A DNA stretch of 63,065 nucleotides from Candidatus Pacebacteria bacterium CG_4_9_14_0_2_um_filter_40_15 (GTDB taxonomy: Bacteria; Patescibacteriota; Microgenomatia; UBA1400; PJMF01). Of the stretch, positions 36,587 to 44,506 are shown one piece after another. Location of the stretch: the NCBI GenBank assembly GCA_002788675.1, contig PFRS01000002.1, positions 1-63,065 of the forward strand. Direction: 5' to 3'. The position numbers and the translations under genes were made by a program. The notes under the pieces were generated by a model. The model saw nothing but the letters and a program-made list of their open reading frames with translations, was not told the DNA's origin and made no database searches. The first letter of the stretch is position 1, and each line of letters begins with the position of its first letter.

Positions 36587-36618
36587 AGCAATATTTATCA
36601 AGACTCGGATGCTTTGTT

Positions 36619-36652
36619 TAAAAAAATGGGCCTGGCTGGCAGCCAAGCCCAT
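36619..36652 (-). terminator. rho-independent terminator of the pilin gene
   Basis: Minus strand reads ATGGGCTTGGC-tgcca-GCCAGGCCCAT followed by TTTTTTT. Confidence 0.75.
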
Positions 36653-36673
36653 ACGGTATCCGATTATTATTTT

Positions 36674-37150
36674 TTATCGTGAAACTTCAACGGTAACACT
36701 ATTCTCTGCTCCACATGCCTTGATGGTAACCAAGTTATTGGCATCTACAGAAATTGAGTAGCCAGTCGTTGCTGCAGTTCCATCAGCTGGATCTTGAGGC
36801 ATGGATTTTAGATAGGTTGCGAGAGGGGTGGATAAATCAACACAAGCAGCAGCAGCTCCGGCACAGAGTGTTGCTCCACCACTTGTACATGATCCAAGTT
36901 GAGTTTCTGCCATGCTGGTAGTTACCCCGGATGGAAGATCACCTCCATTATCAACAATATATTGATGAGTTGCTGTCAACAAACTATTAACATCATTCCA
37001 GCGACGAGAATTTCGTGCATCTGCAAAACGTTTAACTGGATCCAGAGCTACGAAGACTACAGTAGCCAAGATTGCAATAATTGCAATGACAACGAGTAAC
37101 TCAATAAGGGTAAAACCTTGAGTTTTTTTTTGCAGCTGTTTTTTTTGCAT
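36674..37150 (-). CDS. type IV pilin (probable major pilin)
   Basis: Prepilin signal ...KKTQG/FTLIELLVVIAIIAILA. Last gene of the pilus block, with its own terminator. Confidence 0.85.
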   Translation of the reverse strand: MQKKQLQKKTQGFTLIELLVVIAIIAILATVVFVALDPVKRFADARNSRRWNDVNSLLTATHQYIVDNGGDLPSGVTTSMAETQLGSCTSGGATLCAGAAAACVDLSTPLATYLKSMPQDPADGTAATTGYSISVDANNLVTIKACGAENSVTVEVSR

Positions 37151-37235
37151 TCTTTCTTTCTTGTAACATACTAGCTTTTATAGTATATAAGTACGAAATA
37201 AAACGCAAGATGCGGCAATAGCAGCGAGGAGAAAG

Positions 37236-38120
37236 TTACTTACTATTTAGGTAAAGCATGGTCCCTGAAATGGCAAGGGCCAGTAAAAATATACTGATAA
37301 TGAGTAGTATCCAGTTGTGTTTTTTTTCAACCTCGTAACTTAAAGTCAAAATATCAGCATCGTTGCCCGATTCAATCGTGCTCTGGGCCAAAATATGAAG
37401 TGGGTGCGGGATGGTGCTTCTTTTTTTTATAATTTCTAGAAATGGTAGTGCCATTTCGACATCTTTTTGTTTTTTTGGAAGCAAAAGTAATTGTGGAGTA
37501 ATTTTGTAGCGTTGCTTCATTAATTCTAGCAGTTGGGTTATTTTTTCAATACTTTTTTGTTGTTGATTAGCATCAATTGAAACAATCCCAAAAACATGAT
37601 TTTGAACCAAGAAGGCTGCAAATGATTCTTCTCGTGAAACATAAAGTAGTAGTGAGGGTGGATGTCCTTCTGGCAGATGATGGGCAACTGTATATGATGT
37701 TGGTAATACCATTGATATGGAAATAGCATGTTTTTTTGCAGCAGCTTGTAAAAGCTGCCATATAGTTGTCTCAACTGCAAACACCTGTAATAGTGATACG
37801 GTGCCAATTGTGGTTATGACTTTGTAATCCCAAGCAGCTTCTAGAATGGTATCGGGGACACTTTCTCTGAAGTGTTTTGCAATCATGTCGCGATCAAGAT
37901 TTTCTGTATTGGAAATAAAACTAGTGGTGTATGAAATTTCTTCAGATATGAGAATTTTAACTTTTTTAATACTAAACTCTTTTTTGAGAAGACCAAAAAT
38001 ATCTACGAGAGTTCCTTCATCCCATACAAAGGGTTTTACGTGTAGCAGTTTATTTTTTTGTGGTACGACGAAATAGAGCTTCTGTGGAGTTAAATAAATG
38101 GTGGAAATGTTTGTACCCAT
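37236..38120 (-). CDS. hypothetical pilus-assembly protein (possibly PilM/PilN-like) with a C-terminal TM anchor
   Basis: Position within the pilus operon and the C-terminal helix WILLIISIFLLALAISGTMLYL. Similarity to PilM is only tentative. Confidence 0.35.
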   Translation of the reverse strand: MGTNISTIYLTPQKLYFVVPQKNKLLHVKPFVWDEGTLVDIFGLLKKEFSIKKVKILISEEISYTTSFISNTENLDRDMIAKHFRESVPDTILEAAWDYKVITTIGTVSLLQVFAVETTIWQLLQAAAKKHAISISMVLPTSYTVAHHLPEGHPPSLLLYVSREESFAAFLVQNHVFGIVSIDANQQQKSIEKITQLLELMKQRYKITPQLLLLPKKQKDVEMALPFLEIIKKRSTIPHPLHILAQSTIESGNDADILTLSYEVEKKHNWILLIISIFLLALAISGTMLYLNSK

Positions 38121-38131
38121 AAGTACTCTTA

Positions 38132-38503
38132 TTATGGCAGATGCTGCCAACTTTGTATAATAACAGTCGTTGATCTATTAGTCGCAATTTGAATTCTGTG
38201 CGTATAACTATCTCGAATTGCTGTAACGGTAAAGGATATTTCTGAACCTGATTGGGTGTCAATAGTAATGGAACAGTTTCCTTCGGGGAGAGTTACAGAA
38301 GGTGGTAGGGTGCCATTAGTATTGAGAGACAACAACGCATCTTCGGCACAGGATTCTGCTAGGTAAAAAACTTCCTTGGATTGACCATGAGAAAAACTTG
38401 TTTGGAGGTAGTTTAGACTGACTAACGAAACAGATAAGCCCACCACTAAAAGTAATGTGGTAATGACTAAAGTAGTACTAATTGCGATAAAGCCATTGTT
38501 CAT
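38132..38503 (-). CDS. pilin-like small protein (non-canonical N-terminus)
   Basis: N-terminal hydrophobic helix MNNGFIAISTTLVITTLLLVVGLS. Lies within the operon and overlaps the upstream stop by 4 nt. Confidence 0.45.
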   Translation of the reverse strand: MNNGFIAISTTLVITTLLLVVGLSVSLVSLNYLQTSFSHGQSKEVFYLAESCAEDALLSLNTNGTLPPSVTLPEGNCSITIDTQSGSEISFTVTAIRDSYTHRIQIATNRSTTVIIQSWQHLP

Positions 38504-39036
38504 AAACCCGTATATCCTCTAATTGTTGCAGTTGACTGTGTAGAGTGTGCGTAGTTCCATTCTTTTCTAGTAGATTGGCTTTCGATGGTCATGTTAAATG
38601 AAACCGATTGTGTATCTGGTGCCAGCGAGCGATCACTGAAAGCGAACGCGGTTACCACTAAATCAGCTGGGGTTAGTGCGCAAGGATTATTTGGTTTGCA
38701 TGTGCCTTGATTTGATTCAAAATACCAGAGTTGAGCACCATCATACTCGATCGTCATGCCGTTTTTATTAGTGTCAGTATATTCTAGTTCAATAAGGTTT
38801 GGGGTAATGGTGGTGATTTGGACTGCATTTTGAATTGCGTCAGTGATTTTTTTGTTTGCATACAGCGAGTTGGCAAGAACCTGTTGTTGAACTTCGGACT
38901 GTACTCGAGCATAGATAATATTCCAAGCAAAGAGGATGGCGCCACCAAGAAAAATGGTTGAAATAGAAATGTATACCAGGAGTTCAATTAAGGTGAAGCC
39001 GTTTTGATGGTGTTGGTTAGAAGTTGATGTACGCAT
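38500..39036 (-). CDS. prepilin-type pseudopilin
   Basis: ...HHQNG/FTLIELLVYISISTIFLGGA. The ATG at 39036 avoids overlap with the upstream gene. Confidence 0.7.
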   Translation of the reverse strand: MRTSTSNQHHQNGFTLIELLVYISISTIFLGGAILFAWNIIYARVQSEVQQQVLANSLYANKKITDAIQNAVQITTITPNLIELEYTDTNKNGMTIEYDGAQLWYFESNQGTCKPNNPCALTPADLVVTAFAFSDRSLAPDTQSVSFNMTIESQSTRKEWNYAHSTQSTATIRGYTGL

Positions 39037-39046
39037 TGGTTGATGA

Positions 39047-40516
39047 TTATGGGGAAATAATTTGGAACTCTGCTCCGTTATCAGTACTGACGGCGACGAT
39101 GTGCTCGGAGGTTGGATCAAAGGCAATACCAGTGTAACTTTCATTGTTGGGAGTGTCAAAGAGACTGAGTTGTATTGGCGCTGTTAAGGTACTGATTGAA
39201 ACCACTTCCAGTTCTCCCGAAGAATTATCCGATCCAATAAAAAGTAAAGACATATCGCTATTCATTGCTAACGCTTGGGCTGCACCCTGTGCTGCATAAC
39301 TAGCAACACTGGTTGGACTGGTCGGAGTTGAAATACTCAATATTTCAACAGTATCAGTACTGGTGCCTGCAAAAAGCGTGGTGCCAAAATGAACGATATC
39401 GAGCACGCTGGAATTGCCAACAACATTGTAAGTAGATGCGAGCGTTGGTGAGGCCGGTGATGTCACATTTACCATGAGGAGTTCTTGTGCAGAGTTTCCG
39501 GTACCGATATAGGCAGTTGCATTGGTGACATAGGTGGCAAGGCCGGTATCAGCTAAGTTAAGTGAACCTAGTAGTGATGGTGAGGCTGGTGTGGCAGCGG
39601 AGATAATAAAGAACTCATCTGCTTGATTATTAGTCTGTTGGGTGATGTAGACTGTTGTTCCCACCACGTCTAGGCTGGTGGCATCAGTGTTTTGGGGAAG
39701 GTTGTAGGTTCCGAGTTGTGTGGGTGCTGTTGGATTAGTAACAGAGACAATGATTAGTTCGTTGGCATTGTCTGTTGAGGCGATATAGGCAAGACCATTC
39801 TCGTATGCAAGATCACGAGGATTACCAGGTATGGTTAACGAACCTGTTACGGTTGGTGTTGTTACCGTTGAGATATCAACGATATAAAAGTTTGGCGAGC
39901 CGGAAGACCTGATTACATATGCATAATTACCAGATACAATGACTCGATAGCCATCTCCATTGCCGGGTAAATCAAGTGATCCGACAATGGTCGGGTTTAC
40001 CCAGTCCCCTCCAATACTTTTCATCCAGTTAGAAAAGTATTCGACAAAACGAATGGTATTCGTTTGACTGGGGATAAAGTTCCATTGTGTTTGGCTGATG
40101 ACTCGATAGGTGTCTGGATCAACAGTACCGCCGGAAAGCACGACGGCTCCAGACCCATCCCGTTGGACTGCTTCGATAATGATTTCTCTGGTGTAGTCGT
40201 CAATGGTGTTGTTGCTGCCTGATAATGTCCAGTTCCCTCCAGAAGCATCAATGCCATAGGTTCCTGGAGTCAAGGAGTTCCAGTCCTGATCGCGAATAGA
40301 TCGTACTGCTTCGAGTCCTTCTTGGCTCAGCAAGACTGCTCCCGTTTCTTCCACACTACGTCGATTAATGGTGAAACTATAGATTACCGTTGTTAAGCCT
40401 GTTACCACCACAATTAAAAACAGGGACATCGCAACCAAGAGCTCGATAATACTAAATCCAAGAGTTAGCTTTGTGTTACGACTTGGTTGTTTAGGAAAAT
40501 ATAGGCATTTCATCAT
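39047..40516 (-). CDS. prepilin-type N-terminus fused to an LVIVD-repeat beta-propeller-like domain
   Basis: LTLG/FSIIELLVAMSLFLIVV, followed by at least six repeats of the form xAY(I/V)...(I/V)(I/V)(D/S)(I/V)(S/T)xPxxP (for example YAYVIRSSGSPNFYIVDISTVTTPTVTGS). Confidence 0.7.
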   Translation of the reverse strand: MMKCLYFPKQPSRNTKLTLGFSIIELLVAMSLFLIVVVTGLTTVIYSFTINRRSVEETGAVLLSQEGLEAVRSIRDQDWNSLTPGTYGIDASGGNWTLSGSNNTIDDYTREIIIEAVQRDGSGAVVLSGGTVDPDTYRVISQTQWNFIPSQTNTIRFVEYFSNWMKSIGGDWVNPTIVGSLDLPGNGDGYRVIVSGNYAYVIRSSGSPNFYIVDISTVTTPTVTGSLTIPGNPRDLAYENGLAYIASTDNANELIIVSVTNPTAPTQLGTYNLPQNTDATSLDVVGTTVYITQQTNNQADEFFIISAATPASPSLLGSLNLADTGLATYVTNATAYIGTGNSAQELLMVNVTSPASPTLASTYNVVGNSSVLDIVHFGTTLFAGTSTDTVEILSISTPTSPTSVASYAAQGAAQALAMNSDMSLLFIGSDNSSGELEVVSISTLTAPIQLSLFDTPNNESYTGIAFDPTSEHIVAVSTDNGAEFQIISP

Positions 40517-40965
40517 TCAATTTGTCCCAGCTGGTTGACAGTATAGGTAGTGTCGGAGATCGATGAAGAAACAGAAACGGTAAGAGCGTCTGGAAGGGTG
40601 CCATCTAAAGAGAAAGCTATATTGGTAAATCCGGTGACACTTATTGATGATGGAATACTGTACTCTTCAGAGTAACTAGGTGAGTCACAGCTGCCAGAAT
40701 ACATGCGTAACTCTGTTCCAGAAATACATACTCCCCAAGTAGTATCATTCTTGTTATCTAGACTATAATTTTGGGCTTTACTAATGTTGCTTTTAATTCT
40801 AGTAACTGTCGATTCAGTGTAAATTTGCAGGATAAATCGAGATAAGAATGGTGCTGAAGAGACAGCAATAACAGAAATGATCCCGATGGTGAGTAGGAGC
40901 TCAACCAGAGTGAAGCCTGATGATTGTGGTTTTTTATTGTCCACGAATTGATCCAGTAAGTTCAT
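40513..40965 (-). CDS. prepilin-type pseudopilin
   Basis: ...KKPQSSG/FTLVELLLTIGIISVIA. The start is uncertain (ATG 40965 or GTG 40944). Confidence 0.7.
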   Translation of the reverse strand: MNLLDQFVDNKKPQSSGFTLVELLLTIGIISVIAVSSAPFLSRFILQIYTESTVTRIKSNISKAQNYSLDNKNDTTWGVCISGTELRMYSGSCDSPSYSEEYSIPSSISVTGFTNIAFSLDGTLPDALTVSVSSSISDTTYTVNQLGQIE

Positions 40966-42016
40966 AAATGGGTGAAATAATTGCAATTGCTACGAAGCCA
41001 ACCAAAAGTCCGATGCCCAGAAGTAAGAATGGCTCCAGAATTGTTGAGAAACTTTTTGATACGGTGTCAATTTCTTCTTCATAATAATTAGCAAGATAGG
41101 TAAGTGTCTCATCAAGTTTTCCTGTCTTTTCACCGACGGCAATCATCTTGGTTACGAGTGGCGGAAAGAGCGAGTTATTTTTTTGCGAGAGTATGTCTCC
41201 AATGCTCTTCCCCGCCTCAAGTTTTTGGGTAATGTCTAGAATTATTGTTTGGAAAGTGATGCTGGAGAGTGTTTGAGTAGTTACTTTTAAACTTTTGTTA
41301 ATGGGTACGCCACTTTTTAAGAGTATGCCCAGGTTGCGTCCAAAACGGGTCAGTTGACCATACATCAGTAATGTTCCAACCAAAGGTATCTTTAATAAAA
41401 AAGCATGCCAGAGTGGCTTAATTCCTGGAAGAGTGATCAAAAATCTTAAAAAGGCTAGTAACCCCAAAAGTGAGAGCAAAATAACTACTCCCCAATCTTT
41501 CATGAGTTGAGCAAAGGCTAACAAGATTCTGGTTGGAAGTGGCAGCGGGATATTGAGGTTGGTGAAAAAATCTACCAGCGAAGGCAAAACGAAAAAAGAC
41601 AGAAATCCACTCATGATGAGGGTGGCAAATAGGACCAGCCCTGGATACAGCATGGCACCTTGGATTTTTTTCTTCAGGGCAAGATCTTTTGTGAGCTGTT
41701 CCGACAGAAAAACGAGATTATCGTCGAGGGTGCCAGCTTCTTCTCCCACTTCGATCATACTAATATAAAACTGATTAAATGCTTTTGGGTGCTTTTTGAG
41801 CGAAGTTGCTAATGCCGAACCATTACTGATATCTGCTGAAACTGCTTTGAGAATTTTTTGAAAGACTGGATGTTTGGTTTGTTCGTTGAGTGTTTCAAAC
41901 GCTTCATGAATAGGTATGCCAGCTTTGAGCATGATTGACAAGTGTTTGGTGAAGAGCACAACTTCGACGACATTTACGCTTGAGTTAAGTGTGATTGTGA
42001 GGGCAGGTAATTTCAT
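40934..42016 (-). CDS. pilC: type IV pilus platform protein PilC (GspF family)
   Basis: Two GspF-type repeats (LSIMLKAGIPI..., LGILLKSGVPI...) and three TM segments. The ATG at 42016 lies 1 nt after the pilB stop. Confidence 0.85.
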   Translation of the reverse strand: MKLPALTITLNSSVNVVEVVLFTKHLSIMLKAGIPIHEAFETLNEQTKHPVFQKILKAVSADISNGSALATSLKKHPKAFNQFYISMIEVGEEAGTLDDNLVFLSEQLTKDLALKKKIQGAMLYPGLVLFATLIMSGFLSFFVLPSLVDFFTNLNIPLPLPTRILLAFAQLMKDWGVVILLSLLGLLAFLRFLITLPGIKPLWHAFLLKIPLVGTLLMYGQLTRFGRNLGILLKSGVPINKSLKVTTQTLSSITFQTIILDITQKLEAGKSIGDILSQKNNSLFPPLVTKMIAVGEKTGKLDETLTYLANYYEEEIDTVSKSFSTILEPFLLLGIGLLVGFVAIAIISPIYELTGSIRGQ

Positions 42017-42017
42017 T

Positions 42018-43694
42018 TTATTCTTTGGTGACGCGAAGAATTTCGTCAATAGTAGTGACTCCTTGTAACACTTTTTGTATGCCATCTTCTACCATTGAGA
42101 TCATGCCATGTTTGAGGGCAATAGCTTTAATTTCAGAGGCATTTTTCTTTGCTGTGATGGCATCGCGAATCTCATCGGTGATAATCATAATTTCAAATAT
42201 GCCAATTCGACCTTCGTATCCGGTATCATGACAGACTTCACAGCCTTTGCCTTTATAGAGACGAATCTTTTCCTTACCATTATTGAGTTTTTTGATAATT
42301 TCTGGGTCAATCTGAGTCGAGATGTCGTTCCAGTCCTTTTCAATACTCATACGGCAGCCAGCGTGTATTTTTCGAACCAGTCGTTGAGCAATAATGATGT
42401 TAACTGTTGACGCAACTAAGAAAGGTTCAATGCCCATATCGATGAGCCGTGGTAGTGTAGTGGCTGCGTCATTGGTGTGCAGGGTCGAAAGAACTAAGTG
42501 CCCAGTCATTGCAGAGTTTACCGCAATGTTAGCTGTTTCTTCATCACGAATTTCACCTACCAAAATCACATCTGGATCTTGCCGAACGATCGACCGTAGT
42601 CCTGCCGCAAAAGTGAGATTGGTTTTGTTATTGACTTGGATTTGATTGACTCCAGTTAAATCATACTCGACTGGATCTTCAATAGTCATGATATTGATTG
42701 AACGTTGATTGAGCTGTTTAAGAATGGAATAAAGGGTGGTAGTTTTTCCTGATCCGGTCGGACCTGTGGAGAGAATCATACCATGTGGATGAGAGTAAGC
42801 CTCGGTGACTTTAGCAGAGTTTTCGATGTTTAATCCTAGGCTTTCGAGTGAATGTTGACGTGATTTTTCGGATAAAATACGCATCACAACTTTCTCACCT
42901 CCAGTAATGGGCACAAGTGAGACACGGATGTCCAAGTTGTCTCCATCGACAGAAATTTGAAACTTTCCGTCTTGGCTTGCTTGGTGTTCGTCTGTTCGAA
43001 GTTTTGACATCACTTTAATACGAGTGACAATTTTGTTATGAAGATCAATCGGCAAGGACACCACGTCATGGAGGATGCCATCAATTCTAAAGCGAATCAG
43101 TGATTTGTTTTCAAGCGGTTCAATATGAATATCTGAGGTTCCATTTCGTTGGGCATGGGTCAGTATTTGTTCAACGATGGTGATGACGGGGGGTTCCTCA
43201 GAAGTTGAATTATTGGCACTGGAGATGTTTTTGCTTATGATGTCGTTAAATGACTCTTCAATATTTTTGTTATAAAGCAAAAATGCTTTTTCAATATCTC
43301 GAGGTGTGGCATAGTATGGAATCACTGTTGCACCAGCACGTTTGCTCAAGAAGTCTCTGAAAATAACATTTTCGGGATGACTCATAGCTACATGTAATCC
43401 CTTGCTGTCTTTTTTGAATGAAATAGCGTATTGTTTTTTGGCAACAATCTCGGGAATAAGTCTGAGAACATTTTCGGGAATTGAAACTTGGTTTAACTGT
43501 ATAAGTTGAATAGAGTAGATTTCTGCAATGATTTTTCCAAGTTGATCGTCAGGTACCAGACCTTTTTCGAGCAAAGACCAATAAAACGAACCACTGCTTT
43601 TGCTATCAGCAAAGGCAAGTTCGAGGGTTCTTTCAGGGATGAGTTGTAAGTCGGTGATAAATTCTAGTAGTTTGGTATCGTTAAACTGGTTCAT
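42018..43694 (-). CDS. pilB: type IV pilus assembly ATPase PilB (GspE family)
   Basis: Walker A GPTGSGKTTT, Asp and His boxes, tetra-Cys motif CRMS...CEVC. Confidence 0.9.
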   Translation of the reverse strand: MNQFNDTKLLEFITDLQLIPERTLELAFADSKSSGSFYWSLLEKGLVPDDQLGKIIAEIYSIQLIQLNQVSIPENVLRLIPEIVAKKQYAISFKKDSKGLHVAMSHPENVIFRDFLSKRAGATVIPYYATPRDIEKAFLLYNKNIEESFNDIISKNISSANNSTSEEPPVITIVEQILTHAQRNGTSDIHIEPLENKSLIRFRIDGILHDVVSLPIDLHNKIVTRIKVMSKLRTDEHQASQDGKFQISVDGDNLDIRVSLVPITGGEKVVMRILSEKSRQHSLESLGLNIENSAKVTEAYSHPHGMILSTGPTGSGKTTTLYSILKQLNQRSINIMTIEDPVEYDLTGVNQIQVNNKTNLTFAAGLRSIVRQDPDVILVGEIRDEETANIAVNSAMTGHLVLSTLHTNDAATTLPRLIDMGIEPFLVASTVNIIIAQRLVRKIHAGCRMSIEKDWNDISTQIDPEIIKKLNNGKEKIRLYKGKGCEVCHDTGYEGRIGIFEIMIITDEIRDAITAKKNASEIKAIALKHGMISMVEDGIQKVLQGVTTIDEILRVTKE

Positions 43695-43716
43695 TAGGTT
43701 TCATTCTATGTAGTAG

Positions 43717-44082
43717 TTATCTAGAGAGGTGCTGGTTGATCTTTCCAATAATTTCTTCAAGTGAAACATCACTTTTAATAATAAAATCCACAGCACCTAG
43801 TTTTTTTGCAGTTTCAAAATCTTCTTTTTGACCTAGATTTGAAGCAACAATAACTGGAATGTCAGAGTGAACGGTCTGTTTTTTTGCCTCTAGAAAGGCA
43901 AAACCATCCATATCTGGCATGATTAAATCCAAAAGGATTATATCTGGGACAAAGCTTGAAAGCTCGGTCAGACCTTCGTTTCCATCTTTTGCTACTTTGA
44001 CTTCAAATCCAGCTTTACTGAGCTTGAGATTATAGGCATTTCCCAAAAACTGATCGTCTTCGATTACAAGTATTTTAAGCAT
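43717..44082 (-). CDS. single-domain response regulator (CheY-like)
   Basis: Receiver motifs EDD...DLIMPDMDG...SN...K. No output domain. Confidence 0.85.
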   Translation of the reverse strand: MLKILVIEDDQFLGNAYNLKLSKAGFEVKVAKDGNEGLTELSSFVPDIILLDLIMPDMDGFAFLEAKKQTVHSDIPVIVASNLGQKEDFETAKKLGAVDFIIKSDVSLEEIIGKINQHLSR

Positions 44083-44482
44083 TGGTTAAACCTTCCTTTT
44101 CGACTTCAATAAACTCTTTGACTATGTTGATAATGTCTTCGATCCGATGTTCTGCCTTTACCATATATCGTGCGGCACCTAAGGCTAACATTTGAGTGAT
44201 TTTATCGTCACTCCCCGAGTTACTGACAACAAAGATCGGAACGGTGCTCATAACTGGATGACTTTTTACATACTCAAGCACATCAAGGCCTGACCCATCA
44301 CCAAGCAGAAAATCAAGCCATATCGCATCCGGAGGAGATGACGTTGTATCAATAAATTGTTTTGCTTCAGCAACTGATGACGCAGAGATACAGGAAATAT
44401 TTAAAAATGATAATTTTTTTTTAATGGCTTCAAGGAGTAATTTTTCGTCTTCGACAACCAGTATGGTAAGTGAATTATTCAT
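44075..44482 (-). CDS. single-domain response regulator (CheY-like)
   Basis: Receiver fold with VEDE ... WLDFLLGDGSG ... SN. No output domain. Overlaps the downstream receiver gene by 8 nt. Confidence 0.8.
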   Translation of the reverse strand: MNNSLTILVVEDEKLLLEAIKKKLSFLNISCISASSVAEAKQFIDTTSSPPDAIWLDFLLGDGSGLDVLEYVKSHPVMSTVPIFVVSNSGSDDKITQMLALGAARYMVKAEHRIEDIINIVKEFIEVEKEGLTNA

Positions 44483-44506
44483 GAGTACTTTCTAATCTTT
44501 TTTTGG

